A program made the position numbers and the translations under genes. The notes under the pieces are model-generated. The model was given only the letters and a program-made list of their open reading frames with translations. It made no database searches and was not told the DNA's origin. Of a DNA stretch of 64,000 nt, positions 1-50,725 are shown one piece after another. This DNA comes from Macrostomum lignano (lineage: Eukaryota): the NCBI GenBank assembly GCA_002269645.1, contig NIVC01000938.1, positions 62,001-126,000 on the forward strand, read 5' to 3'. How positions within the stretch are numbered: the stretch's first letter is position 1; each line of letters begins with the position of its first letter.

Positions 1-465
1 ACTGCCCAATATAGATATCGCACTGCCTCAATATAGATACCACACTGCCCAATATAGCTAGATACCACACTGCCCAATATAGATACCACACTGCCAAATA
101 TAGATACCACACTGCCCAATATAGATACCACACTGCCCAATATAGATACCACACTGCCAAATATAGCTAGATACCACACTGCCCAATATAGATACCACAC
201 TGCCCAATATAGATACCACACTGCCCAATATAGATACCACACTGCCAAATATAGCTAGATACCACACTGCCCAATATAGCTAGATACCACACTGCCCAAT
301 ATAGATACCACACTGCCCAATATAGATACCACACTGCCAAATATAGATACCACACTGCCAAATATAGATACCACACTGCCAAATATAGATATCGCACTGC
401 CTCAATATAGATACCACACTGCCCAATATAGCTAGATACAACACTGCCAAATATAGATACCACAT
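1..465. repeat. About 21-bp minisatellite ACCACACTGCCCAATATAGAT
   Basis: Direct inspection; runs off the window start. Confidence 0.95.
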
Positions 466-469
466 AGAT

Positions 470-1430
470 ACCAACACAGATCCCACACTATCCCAACACA
501 GATCCCACACTATCCCAACACAGATCCCACACTATCCCAACACAGATCCCACACTATCCCAACACAGATCCCACACTATCCCAACACAGATCCCACACTA
601 TCCCAACACAGATCCCACACTATCCCAACACAGATCCCACACTATCCCAACACAGATCCCACACTATCCCACACTATCCCAACACAGATCCCACACTATC
701 CCAACACAGATCCCACACTATCCCAACACAGATCCCACACTATCCCAACACAGATCCCACACTATCCCAACACAGATCCCACACTATCCCAACACAAATC
801 CCACACTATCCCAACACAGATCCCACACTATCCCAACACAGATCGCACACTATCCCAACACAGATCCCACACTATCCCAACACAGATCCCACACTATCCC
901 AACACAGATCCCACACTATCCCAACACAGATCCCACACTATCCCAACACAGATCCCACACTATCCCAACACAGATCCCACACTATCCCAACACAGATCCC
1001 ACACTATCCCAACACAAATCCCACACTATCCCAACACAGATCCCACACTATCCCAACACAGATCCCACACTATCCCAACACAGATCCCACACTATCCCAA
1101 CACAGATCCCACACTATCCCAACACAGATCCCACACTATCCCAACACAGATCCCACACTATCCCAACACAGATCCCACACTATCCCAACACAGATCCCAC
1201 ACTATCCCAACACAGATCCCACACTATCCCAACACAGATCCCACACTATCCCAACACAGATCCCACACTATCCCAACACAGATCCCACACTATCCCAACA
1301 CAAATCCCACACTATCCCAACACAGATCCCACACTATCCCAACACAGATCCCACACTATCCCAACACAGATCCCACACTATCCCAACACAGATCCCACAC
1401 TATCCCAACACAGATCCCACACTATCCCAG
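470..1430. repeat. 22-bp minisatellite CCCACACTATCCCAACACAGAT
   Basis: About 43 near-identical copies. Confidence 0.97.
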
Positions 1431-1440
1431 CAGCTCTCAC

Positions 1441-39040
<37,600 letters not shown>

Positions 39041-39134
39041 GCTTTTAATGCGTGTCTTTTAGGTGAATACAATAGCAAAACCAAAGACATGAAACGTGAT
39101 GATTGTCGATATTACAACTCTAAAACTATTATAA

Positions 39135-40215
39135 CACTGCATACTACCTTATGGCACCACAATGTCTTATAATTTCTTTATCTGCATTTATCCTAGTCAC
39201 TCACTATCACATTCCCTAATAATTACAGTCACTCACTATCACCTAATTCACTAACAATTACAGTCACTCACTATCACATTCCCTAATAATTACAGTCACT
39301 CACTATCACCTAATTCGCTAACAATTACAGTCACTCACTATCACCTAATTCACTAATAATTAGTCACTCACTATCACCTAATTCACTAATAATTAGTCAC
39401 TCACTATTACCTAATTCACTAATAATTACAGTCACTCACTATTACCTAATTCACTAATAATTACAGTCACTCATTATCACCTAATTCACTAACAATTACA
39501 GTCACTCACTATCACTTAATTCACTAACAACTACAGTCACTCGCTATCACCTAATTCCCTAATAATTACAGTCACTCATTATCACCTAATTCACTAACAA
39601 TTACAGTCACTCATTATCACCTAATTCACTAAAAATTACAATCACTCACTATCACCTAATTCACTAATAATTATAGTCACTCACTATCACTTAATTCACT
39701 AACAATTACAGTCACTCGCTATCACCTAATTCCCTAATAATTACAGTCACTCACTATCACCTAATTTACTAACAATTACAGTCACTCATTATCACCTAAT
39801 TCACTAAAAATTACAGTCACTCGCTATCACCTAATTCCCTAATAATTACAGTCACTCGCTATCACCTAATTCCCTAATAATTACAGTCACTCACTATCAC
39901 CTAATTCACTAATAATTACAGTCACTCGCTATCACCTAATTCCCTAATAATTACAGTCACTCGCTATCACCTAATTCCCTAATAATTACAGTCACTCACT
40001 ATCACCTAATTCCCTAATAATTACAGTCACTCACTATCACCTAATTCACTAATAATTACAGTCACTCGCTATCACCTAATTCCCTAATAATTACAGTCAC
40101 TCGCTATCACCTAATTCCCTAATAATTACAGTCACTCACTATCACCTAATTCCCTAATAATTACAGTCACTCACTATCACCTAATTCACTAATAATTACA
40201 GTCACTCATTATCAC
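39135..40215. repeat. 35-bp minisatellite CAGTCACTCACTATCACCTAATTCACTAATAATTA
   Basis: About 30 copies starting about 100 bp upstream of the ELP1 ATG. Confidence 0.95.
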
Positions 40216-40834
40216 ATTCATAACACCAGACACTTTAATCAAGCTAGCTAACATTGCCCCGAAAAAACAATTTCAAAACGATAAAACAAAACGTTTTAAA
40301 AAATAATATAAACCGTGTAATAAGTATCGCTTGTTTTTTAAAAGAAAATTTTAGCGACAGAAAAAACTCTGTATTTAGCAAAGTGCAGTGCAGTTCAAGT
40401 GTCTTTGCGACAGTGGCTGTGGAAAACAAAGGTCACCAAAACAGAAAAATATAGGAGCTTTATCTTCGTTGGATAGACTGCTTTTAAAAAAAACATTTTT
40501 TTTGGTTTTGCTTCATTTAAAATTGAAAAATTATCAATTTAATCAAAGCGGATAATAGCAGATAAAAGTTTTGATAAAAAGGCATCCAATATTCGTAAAA
40601 AAATAGCCGAATAATATAAACTAAAAATTTAATTAGAGCCTTTAGAATTATACAATGTAGCTAAATAATGGAAGTAGATAAATAACTTGAACTTATTGCT
40701 CGCAAAAATTTCCGATTTTAACACTACAGTAGACGGCATAGCACAAATTAAAAATAACAATTTATAAAGAAGAATAATACATTACTTATTTATGACGCAT
40801 TACATGCATACTATATTTAATAGCAACTGTCAAG

Positions 40835-41350
40835 ATGCCACCAATAAATGTGTCTACAGCCAGCATTATTATCAGCTGCACTGTCTATGGCACCAGACAG
40901 TCAGGGTGTATCTGCTGTCTACTACAGCCAACCTTATTATCAGTTGCACTGTCTATGGCACCAGTCAGTCAGGGTGTATCTGCTGTCTATAGCCAACCTT
41001 ATCAGTTGCACTGTCTATGGCACCAGTCAGTCAGGGTGTATCTGCTGTCTATAGCCAACCTTATCAGTTGCACTGTCTATGGCACCAGTCAGTCAGGGTG
41101 TATCTGCTGTCTATAGCCAACCTTATCAGTTGCACTGTCTATGGCACCAGTCAGCCAGGGTGTATCTGCTGTCTATAGCCAACCTTATCAGTTGCACTGT
41201 CTATGGCACCAGATAGTCAGGGTGTATCTGCTGTCTACAGCCAACCTTATTATCTGTTGCACTGTCTATGGCACCAGACAGTCAGGGTGTATCTGCTGTC
41301 TATAGCCAACCTTATCAGTTGCACTGTCTATGGCACCAGTCAGTCAGGGC
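40835..41350. repeat. 62-bp tandem repeat
   Basis: About 8 copies; period measured from 40981 to 41043. Confidence 0.9.
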
Positions 41351-41484
41351 GTATTTGCATAACTTTGATTTGTTTGCAAATCAAAACAAAGTGCAAAAAC
41401 GCATACTTTTAATAGCTTGCAAGGCGCCGTTGAATTGTTAATTAGGAAATAAAGCGCGTCCCCACAGCGTAATCAAGGTCGTTA

Positions 41485-42330
41485 CTAAGACTTGAGTGAA
41501 GTCGAATTTAAGTCATGACCATCGCCCATCATTTGCTGCATAGAATGCAACGCCTCTGCTTCGATAGCATTAACAGCAGAGCTATCAACAATATTCGTGG
41601 ATATTTTAGACCGGCTTTTGTCGCTTATGATTGTGAAATCTTCTATATTGCTGCTGTAAACGTGACTGCCAATATTGTTGCAGCATAACAGCATAGCAAC
41701 AACTATAGCCAATTCTAGGCAGCTGACAACCAATCGAAGCCATAGCAACGGACGAGCGGCGGACGCCGCAGCAGCAGTGGCTGGTGAAGTTGACAAATCG
41801 GAAGCCCCTGCTGCGGCTGCTGCTGTTGTCAAGGACGACGTCAAAGGCGGAGAATTCGAATAGTCCAGCGTACTCATAGAGGACACAGTCGATAAGTCAG
41901 TCGGTGCACTATCTGCGTCATCAAAATAATAGACCCAATAGAAGCCCGCAGTCAGCCAGGCCAACGAGAACAAGTGGCCAACGCTAGCTACCGTGAATAA
42001 GCAGCAACGATAGCAATTATTTTTGCCGCCTCTACTACTAACAGTAGCAGTAGTAGCATTAGCAGCAAATTGGTCTCGACGAAAACAACTGCAACTGGCC
42101 AAACAGCTGAATAAGCAGCCAAATATGCCGCTGACGATTAGATACGTTGCTATGGCAACGCCGCGGTAGTTGCCAGTCGCATTGGAATGCCGCAGTCTGG
42201 TCAGATGCAGGCAGCCAATGATTAATTCGGCCACACTGACGCATAGCGACAGCAGGCCCAAGCCTAGCAAGGAGAAAAACACCGCTATTAGAATCCGAGT
42301 TCCGCTAGCTTTGCTGTTGAAGGCCTCCAT
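41485..42330 (-). CDS. Intronless multi-pass membrane protein, TMEM272-like, 281 aa
   Basis: About four hydrophobic helices; IATYLIVSGIFG and LFSLAWLTAGFYWVY resemble TMEM272-family motifs (from recall). Confidence 0.6.
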   Translation of the reverse strand: MEAFNSKASGTRILIAVFFSLLGLGLLSLCVSVAELIIGCLHLTRLRHSNATGNYRGVAIATYLIVSGIFGCLFSCLASCSCFRRDQFAANATTATVSSRGGKNNCYRCCLFTVASVGHLFSLAWLTAGFYWVYYFDDADSAPTDLSTVSSMSTLDYSNSPPLTSSLTTAAAAAGASDLSTSPATAAAASAARPLLWLRLVVSCLELAIVVAMLLCCNNIGSHVYSSNIEDFTIISDKSRSKISTNIVDSSAVNAIEAEALHSMQQMMGDGHDLNSTSLKS

Positions 42331-42511
42331 ATCGGCGCAACTCCTCTTGTTGTTGTTGTTGTTTTTTTTGTTATTATTATTATTATTATTGTTGTTGTTG
42401 TTGTTGTTGCTTCAGCTTCTGCCGCAAAGAAGCAGCTCAAACGCCATGCAGCAAACAATTTAAGGCAAAATTTTGCAAGTATAATCTAGTCTAGCACATA
42501 GATATTAAAAT

Positions 42512-42922
42512 AACTAGATGGGCCACTCAGGCTTTATACTTAGTAAAACAGCTTTCTACTTTCAGTTCAGTAGCAAAGAAGAATACATAAGCTATTTTAT
42601 AAAACTAAAGGTAGCTGAAATGACTTTGATAAGTTTAGAAGCCCAAAGCTTGCAGGCGTAAACAGTTTGCTAATTGGTTCAGCAATAATGTACATTGGCC
42701 AGTCCACTGAAATGTACAGGGCAGCTTTAGTCTGGAATTCCGAGAAAGGCAATAAAAATTGGGGTGGGGTAGTGTGGAAAGGCTCGGTTGGAGTGTTTAA
42801 GCTGGGGGGGGGGGTTAAGAGGGTAAGAACCAATAAACGAGCATTGGCTTTAAAAAGTACATTAAAATGCTTCAGTTTCTGAAAGTAGTTTACACGCAAA
42901 TGTGCTGAGTAGGCCCATCTAG
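42512..42922 (-). mobile_element. About 400-bp MITE-like element, copy 2
   Basis: Reverse-complement match to 26711-27106, with ends CTAGATGGGC...GCCCATCTAG. Confidence 0.8.
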
Positions 42923-43399
42923 AATGGTATATGTGGTCTAACACAGGTATTTCCTATTTCTTACTAAGAAAAACTGTAGTAGCCAACAGAAAAGAACAGA
43001 AATAATTATTTTTAATAAATGAATCGACAAAATCCAGTTTATTTGTACGTTATTAGCATGCACAGCAATATTACTCAGTAAGTTTACAAATCCACTTCTA
43101 TAATTATAAGTAGTAAGTTGTGTAATAAGTAGTATAAACTATATTGATGCGAAAATTAGTCGAAAAATGAATAGAGAATATAAATGCGATACAACGATGT
43201 ATACTTACTAATATGAAAATGATTATTCACACCGAGTTTTTATTACTTAATTATTGTTTTCGTATCGGCTTAGTATAACCCGATTATGGCTGTAGTGTAT
43301 GGAAGATTAATATTGCTAAGTGACATTAAAAATCTTCCTACCCCCGTTAAATATCATTCCGCATTGCACACAACGCTATCTACTTCTCCCGTATCACTT

Positions 43400-44345
43400 A
43401 ACAATCACTTATCCATTATCTACTTATCCCTCTTATCCACCTGTAATGTATCTCCCTCTGTCTTATCTCAGTCTCCCCTGTCTCCCTCTCCCTTATCTCC
43501 CTCTCCCTTATCTCCCTCTTCCCCATCTCCCTCTCCCCTATTTCTCTCTCATGTATCTCCCTCTCAACTATCTCCCCCTTCCCTGCCTTCCTCTCCTCTA
43601 TCTCTCTCTCCCCTATCTCCGTCTCCCTTATCTCCCTCTCCCCTATCTCCCTCTCCCCTATCTCCCTCTTCCTTATCTCCCTCTTCCCCATCTCCCTCTC
43701 CCCTATGTCTCTCTCATGTATCTCCCTCTCAACTATCTCCCCCTTCCCTGCCTTCCTCTCGTCTATCTCTCTCTCCCCTATCTCCCTCTCCCCATCTCCC
43801 TCTCCCCTATCTCCCTCTCCCCTATCTCCGTCTCCCCTATCTCCGTCTCCCCTATTTCCGTCTCCCTTATCTCCCTCTCCCCATCTCCCTCTCCCCTATC
43901 TCCGTCTCCCCTATCTCCCTCTCCCCATCTCCCTCTCCCCTATCTCCGTCTCCCCTATCTCCGTCTCCCCTATTTCCGTCTCCCTTATCTCCCTCTCCCC
44001 ATCTCCCTCTCCCCATCTCCCTCTCCCTTATCTCCGTCTCCCCTATCTCCGTCTCCCCTATCTCCGTCTCCCCTATTTCTGTCTACCCTATTTCCCTCTT
44101 CCCTATCTCCCTCTCCCCATCTCCCTCTCCCCTATCTCCGTCTCCCCTATCTCCGTCTCCCCTATCTCCGTCTCCCCTATCTCCGTCTCCCCTATCTCCG
44201 TCTCCCCTATTTCCGTCTACCCTATTTCCCTCTTCCCTATCTCCCTCTTCCCTATCTCCCTCTTCCCTATCTCCCTCTTCCCTATCTCCCTCTTCCCTAT
44301 CTCCCTCTCTCCCTATCTCCAATTTTGTCTCCCCTATCCCTATCT
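43400..44345. repeat. About 15-bp CT-rich repeat CTCC(C/G)TCTCCCCTAT
   Basis: Direct inspection. Confidence 0.9.
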
Positions 44346-44459
44346 GCCTTATCTTACCCATTTCTTACCAATTTACCCAGCTATCAATAGTAATATAAAT
44401 ATATCGATGCAGTAACAAGTAAATTAGAGGTTGAATTGGATCAATAACTGGACTGGATG

Positions 44460-46703
44460 TTACTGCTGCTGCTGCTGCTGTTTCAACAGATCAGCGGGCA
44501 TCTGGTTAGAAATCACGCTCGGATCAAACGGAGTCCCCTTGAATGGCGAGCCTTCGGCGTCCCAGGCTTTGCGCAACAGGTCCAAAGTTTTTGCTTCTTC
44601 GCTAGTTGGCAGGCCCATCTGCTTCTGGCGCTGGTCGAACATCATCTGGTCGATTTTAGCTTGGGCCTCCTCGTCTAAGTCGGACATAGGACGCGAGCAG
44701 TCGATCTCTCTGGTATTGATTTTCTCTTCCCCAGTGAAGCAGCAGTCCCACCAGCGTTCCTGCACTTTCTCTAGGCTGATCTGCAAGGGGGGGGGGCAAT
44801 TATGGAATTCAATTTTGACAGACTCAGGCACTACGAGCTACGACAGATAGACAGTAACGCAGAACGATAGTAAAATAAACACTAAAGTAGAAGCTGAGAC
44901 AGGCACTAAGAGTAAGACAGACACTAAGACAGTCAAGGCATTGAGACAGACATGCTGTGACAGACACCAAGACAGACACTGAGACAGGCACTAAGGCAGA
45001 CACGAAGGTAGACAGTGAGACGGACATAAAAGCAGACACTGAGACAGGCCCTAAGGTAGACACTGAGACAGGCACTAAGGTAGACACTGCGACAGGCACT
45101 AAGGTAGACACTGAGACGGACACAAAAGCAGACACTGAGACAGGCACTAAGGTAGACACTGAGACAGGCACTAAGGTAGACACTGCGACAGGCACTAAGG
45201 TAGACACTGAGACGGACACAAAAGCAGACACTGAGCAAGCACTAAGGCAGGCACTGAAGCAAACACTAAGAAAGACACTAAGACAGACATTAGGACAGAC
45301 ACTAGGACAGAATCTAAGACGGGCACTGAGACAGACACTGAGACAGACACTAAGAGACACTCAGACGGACACTCATACAGACACTGAGACAGGCACTGGG
45401 ACTCCAGCTCGCTCACCTGCACCACGCCGTCGCTAGGCACCAGAGACCAGACGGCCTCCTCAGCTCGAACCTCGTGGGACAGCTGCCGATCCAACACGGT
45501 TGAGAAGTCCCGAGCTCCACCGCCGCTGCGACAATCGACCCTCAACGATTTCCTACCGACATTCACGCGAACATCGGAGCCTTTGCTGGCCAGCGAACGA
45601 TCGACGTTAACTCGAATGTCCAGCTCGGTGATGCTCTGGCTCCAACTGTAGCCATCCCTGGCAGCGCCGTTGTAGCACTCTGGATCGGCTGAGTAGGCCA
45701 ACTCACCTGTGGCTTTGTTAATTACAGTTGAACTGGCTGTCGGCTTCTTCTCGTCCGGCGGCTGTTCGGGTTTCTTAGAAACTGTCGACTGGGATGCAGC
45801 AGAGGCGCTGGAGGACTTAGGAATTGGCTGCTGTGGCTGCTGCTGTTGCTGCTGCTGTTGCTTAGCCTCGTGAGCTCGTCTTCAGTCGGAGAGACGAATG
45901 AAAGGTTAGAATGGCGAAATAATTCAAATTTGGAAAGTGCGCAATGGAAAAGATGCGCTTCCTTGTCACTGCATTCCCTCATCTCCTCACACTGATCTAA
46001 TCTACCCCCTTCTCTCCTCTAATCTACACTTCTCTCTTCCAATCTACCCCTTCTCTTCCAATCGACCTCCTTCTCTCTTCCAATCTACCTTTTCTCTCCT
46101 CCAATCTACCTCCTCTATTCCAATCTACCTTCTTCTCTCCTCCAATCTACCCTTTTCTCTTCCAATCTACCCCGTCTCTGCTCCAATCTACCCCTTTCTC
46201 TCCTCTAATCTACTCTTTTTCTATCCTTTAATCTACCCTCTCTCTATTCTACTCCAATCTGCCCTTTTCACTCCTTCAATCTTCCCCTTTTCCACTCCAA
46301 TTTACCTTCTTTCTCTCCTCCATCTACCCCCTTTCTCTCCTCCATCTACCCCCTTTCTCTCCTCCATCTACCCCCTTTCTCTCCTCCAATCTACCCCCTT
46401 TCATCCATCCATCTAACCTTTTCCACCCTCACTAAATCATTTTCTCTTACACCTCAAGCCAGCTCTCACTCACTTGAACAAGGCCTCGTGCTTCTTAAAC
46501 GACTGCTTAACCATATCGAAGGCGGCACCAGGTGGGAAGCCGCGATCTCTTGGCCCGTTCTCAGTCAGCTGATAATAATAATCAGTCCGACGCATTAAAA
46601 AGCTGAACAGACTGTCAAAGAAAGCCGGCAGAGTGCCCTCACGCTGCAGTATGGACAAATATAGGCTGTCGTATTGCTCTTGTCGGTCGGCAGCTGACGA
46701 CAT
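44460..46703 (-). CDS. NUDCD3: NudC domain-containing protein 3; exons 46474-46703, 45417-45879, 44460-44780; 337 aa
   Basis: YDSLYLSILQREG...FFDSLFSFLMRRTDYY (Nudc_N); CYNGAARDGYSWSQ (CS/p23 domain); IDQMMFDQRQKQMGLPTS and AWDAEGSPFKGTPFDPS. Phases 2 and 0 are consistent. Confidence 0.93.
44890..45400. repeat. 12/24-bp repeat ACTAAGGTAGACACTGAGACAGGC
   Basis: Lies in NUDCD3 intron 2. Confidence 0.85.
45990..46440. repeat. CT-rich degenerate repeat (CCAATCTACCCCTTCTCT)
   Basis: Lies in NUDCD3 intron 1. Confidence 0.8.
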
Positions 46704-47750
46704 TGTACAAGAAATTTTTTGATTTATTAGCTTTGAAGCTGATAGATTCAAGTTGCTTTTTTTACAGATTAGCTGTGCTCGAAGCTCTGAAATATGAATT
46801 TCAAATTAAAAAAAATTAGCTGCTTTCGCGACTTACGAGCCATAGATAATAAAAAGAATTGCGTCATTTTTAATCTTCCGCTACAAAAATTCAGTAAAAT
46901 GTTCTACTTTCTACTGGTATGAGTAGACGAACTCTAAGTAAACGTAAAATTTAAAAGGCCAAATATTGTTTTCGGGTATTTGTAAACATTGCAAAAAATA
47001 ACCAATTTTTATTAATGCTCAAATATATCAGCTGCTTAGCTTTGCAATAATGCTGCTGAGTTACAAGCAAATTAAGAATACAGTGCATTACCTTAAATAG
47101 AAGCTTAAATATACAGTAAACTTGTAACTGCAGTGCACTTAACTACACAAGTAAAAAATTGGTTCGCTGCAAATTAGTGACTTTTTGTTAAATAATACTT
47201 CTAAACAGTTGTTTTCTGTTCAGTTTCAATTTCTTCAACCGAAGTACTAATAACAATATTAGCAATGTAAACTACTCAGGAAGCATTTTAAAGCATTCAC
47301 AGGGATGCAAAAATTAAAAAAGTGCATTAGCATAGAAAATATCAAATTAGGATAAAAATCCAATTGGTACAACTTTATCAAGATTCTTTACAATAACGTT
47401 ATAGAAAAAAAAGGTGCAGGAAAAGCATGAAAACATTTCTGTACTACGTTACTCATATATAAAAAACATGACTGAACTGTCATGACTTTCGATAAATTTT
47501 CTGAAAATATCGAAAAAGTACTCATTAGTAAACCCAAATAGAAAAATTTAATAAACAACAGTATAACAGACTAATAACGACAGTTGCGTTTGACTAAATA
47601 TCACAAACGTTGGTGTTCGTTTACTAGAAAAATAAGATGCTTCTATTTTTAAAAGTTTTAGTTACATTTTAAAAATTACTTCAAACACGTATACAGGGTG
47701 TTAATTATTTGTTTTACAGAACTTAAAACTGCAAAGCAGTTTCTCGTATA

Positions 47751-48115
47751 CTAGTTTGGAGGCAGAGGGTTGTGTGCACCCTGGCGCACTTTAGGCGACA
47801 TTGTCACACAACCGGCGAGAGGCATTGCTGCCCATTCCGCCGACTCCCCTGAGCAGGCACTCAAGCGCGCGGATACGTACGCAGTCATACGCACAGGCAC
47901 ACACTCACACAGGAGTGTACAGCGGCCCTAACTTTATCTATTGTTAGACATGCACACTTCACTGTGCTTTGGGGGTTGGCCCTCAAGGACGTTAATTGCA
48001 CGAGCAGAGCCAAGCCGAGATTCCAATTAAGCCCCAAATTAATGTGACTGCACTTGGAATCGAGCCTGGGCCGCTGGCACATCAGAGCACCGCCGCTTGA
48101 CCACTGGGCTACGGC
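47751..48115 (-). mobile_element. tRNA-derived SINE, copy 2
   Basis: Head GCCGTAGCCCAGTGGTCAAGCGG...GGCTCGATTCC; body matches copy 1. Confidence 0.8.
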
Positions 48116-48544
48116 TCCACTTTAGTGTATTTACTAACGCATTAGTTCGATGTCTTTGATCGTTAATCGTCAGTTTGACACTGACAGACATTTAACAAAG
48201 TGTTATTTATTTCGATTATTACACGAACTACATGCGCAAAATTTGCTAAATGAAAATTTGCCTTGCGATTTATACTTTATCATATTGCTCTTACCGTGTA
48301 TGAGGACTAAAAAACACCAAGGACTGCACAAAAGTGCGATAGTCAAAAAAGTTGGTTTTCAAACAAAAAAGTTGTTAACAAGCTAAACAATAGGAATAGG
48401 AAATAATCTAATGACATGGAAATGTTGATCGAGTCTTTAAAAAAACACCTAAAAGTCTTTAGAGACACAGCCAAAAAATTGCGTTTTTATGATAAAAAAT
48501 TGAATATTACACCAATTTATAAATTTTTAGATGATTTATTAAAG

Positions 48545-48970
48545 AGGGATCGGCAAATTTTGGCCCTCGGGTCCTTTAAAACTTTAAAATAGCAATCCGG
48601 CCCGCTCAAGGTTTTTGTCTCTTTCCAGTTCTCTTCTGTCTTTCTTATATTATCTCTTCTCTCAATCTCTCATCTAATCTCTCCTCATATAACTTCTATC
48701 CTCTAATCTCTTTCTTTCATTATCTTCTCTCATCTTATATTCTCTTTCTTCTATTCTCTATCATTTAACTCATTTATCTCCCATCTCACTTATCTCGCCT
48801 ATGCTCTTATTTTTTCTCTCCATCTCATCTCGCCTCTCTTCTCTTCACTTTCATCTCCTCTCTCGCCTCTCCTCTCTTATCTCCTTAATTAACTGTACCT
48901 GCCCCGCAGTCATGAGCTAGATTCTTTATCTGGCCTTTGAAATAAAAAAAAATAAAAATTTGCCGACCCC
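48545..48970. mobile_element. hAT-like MITE with a CT-rich interior
   Basis: AGGGATCGGCAAATTTT ... AAAATTTGCCGACCCC ends and subterminal GGCCC motifs. Confidence 0.6.
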
Positions 48971-49081
48971 CCACTTAGAGCATGATACAGTGCAATAACT
49001 TTGCTATAATGTGGTTTTCTAACAATCAAGTCTTAAGGCTACATTAGCTGTCTAAGAAACAACAACAGCATAGTCCGTTAG

Positions 49082-50725
49082 CTACACGACACATGTAAAT
49101 GACCTTGGGATTAGAAAATCAAGCAGCGGCCTGTCTGCATACTTAGTAGGACAATTCCGTCTTGCATACCACTCCATGCTGTACAGACACATCAGCACGC
49201 CTGTGCCAAGAAACAGGCAAACCCAGACAAATACAGCCCAGAAACGGGAGCGACCGTTGGCAAACATTAGCGCAAATCCGAAACTGCAAAATGAGACAAA
49301 TAATGCCGGAAAGAAGAAGCCTAAACCGAAAGAAATTACAATTTCGTGGAAGATGGCCGACAGGAGGAACACGCAGACGGTTGCTAACAGACGATATTCG
49401 TATCCAAGCAACATGCAGATCTCGCGATACACATAGGCGTATAGCCAATCGTGTACAACGGTATTCCAAGTTCGGTACCAAGTTCTAAACGACGTAGCAT
49501 TCCACCAATCGCAGTAAAACTGTCTATCGCCAAATGTAAGCATTTCCGCGAAAGCGTTCATCCACGAGTGCAGAACAGTGAAGAATGTGATTAGCAGTAC
49601 TAGGCCGCCAGGTAGAGCCGATTGGAATGCTGTGCGAACAAAATGAGCCAGACTGGGCCTACGCCAATGGCTAAACACTGGTCGATAGTAGCGCAGCACC
49701 AACAGGTAGACAAAGAATATTCCGGCAACAACTTGACCAAGATTAGACGCCACGTAGTCCCATCGGATGTGATCAGTTCGCGGATAATTATCCCGATAAA
49801 CCAGAGTTGGGGCGAATAAAAAGTACAAGAACCGACCGAAGCTAGGACAACAAGGCGTCAGACTAGCAGTTGACGAAGAACTATCAGAAGCGGTGGCGCT
49901 ACAACTACCAGTCGACGAATAGTAACCACGACGTGCATTCTCCCAAAGGAAAGCGTGAACCTTCATCATTAGGCGAGCCTGTTCGGTTAGTACTATTAGA
50001 GCAGAGGCGGGCAGCAATTCAAACTGCAGAACCATACGAATCGGCTGCACTAGAAACCATAGCTGATAAACTGAGTAAGCAATCATCCACATAGACTTAC
50101 TAATCCGACTATGGCCTTTAGTGCCAGCAATGCTTACATAGTAGTGAAAAGCCGGATAAAAAACTAGCAAAGCAGCCGCGTGCATCAACAGCCAGATTGC
50201 TATAGCGTCGGATAGCCGACCGAATGCCCAGAACACTAGCGACAAGGAGAATGTGTCAATCAAGGATTTACCTTCTAGAACGTCCGAGATAAGCGTGTTT
50301 AAACAGAACAGCGACATTATTGCAATGAAGATGTTTTGCAAACTGCGAAAATGCGCCAGTTCAAACAGCTCAGTTAGTAGACTATTGCGCAAGTGAAAGG
50401 TTTTCGGAGGCAGACGCTGTTCAACTGACAAATTGTCATCATTCTTGCCTTGACGATTATTTTTAGCCTGGTAACTAATATTGGCGTCGAGAGCGGCTAA
50501 GGAGTCTAGTGACGTCATGCGAGCGGTTTCTGAACTCGCAGGTGCATCTACCAATGACGTCTCAAGCTCCGTTGACGCTCTGTCAATCAAGCCAGTCAGC
50601 TGTGAATCCAACAGCTCCAGAATCGACTGCTTGTCGTGTAGAAACTTTCGACGCCGACGAGCGTCTTCGAGTACGTTTAAACTGCCGTTGCTTCGCCTGG
50701 CGTTTTCTAATGACGACCGGTGCAT
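49082..50725 (-). CDS. SOAT1: Sterol O-acyltransferase (ACAT, MBOAT family), intronless, 547 aa
   Basis: FAEMLTFGDRQFYCDWWNATSFRTWYRTWNTVVHDWLY, SAIFHE (catalytic His), APTLVYRDNYPRT and final EWYAR...C motif. Confidence 0.93.
   Translation of the reverse strand: MHRSSLENARRSNGSLNVLEDARRRRKFLHDKQSILELLDSQLTGLIDRASTELETSLVDAPASSETARMTSLDSLAALDANISYQAKNNRQGKNDDNLSVEQRLPPKTFHLRNSLLTELFELAHFRSLQNIFIAIMSLFCLNTLISDVLEGKSLIDTFSLSLVFWAFGRLSDAIAIWLLMHAAALLVFYPAFHYYVSIAGTKGHSRISKSMWMIAYSVYQLWFLVQPIRMVLQFELLPASALIVLTEQARLMMKVHAFLWENARRGYYSSTGSCSATASDSSSSTASLTPCCPSFGRFLYFLFAPTLVYRDNYPRTDHIRWDYVASNLGQVVAGIFFVYLLVLRYYRPVFSHWRRPSLAHFVRTAFQSALPGGLVLLITFFTVLHSWMNAFAEMLTFGDRQFYCDWWNATSFRTWYRTWNTVVHDWLYAYVYREICMLLGYEYRLLATVCVFLLSAIFHEIVISFGLGFFFPALFVSFCSFGFALMFANGRSRFWAVFVWVCLFLGTGVLMCLYSMEWYARRNCPTKYADRPLLDFLIPRSFTCVV

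Noticed and set aside
43286-44415. Pro/Ser/Leu-rich ORFs of 236-370 aa
   Set aside because: They are translations of the 15-bp CT-rich array.
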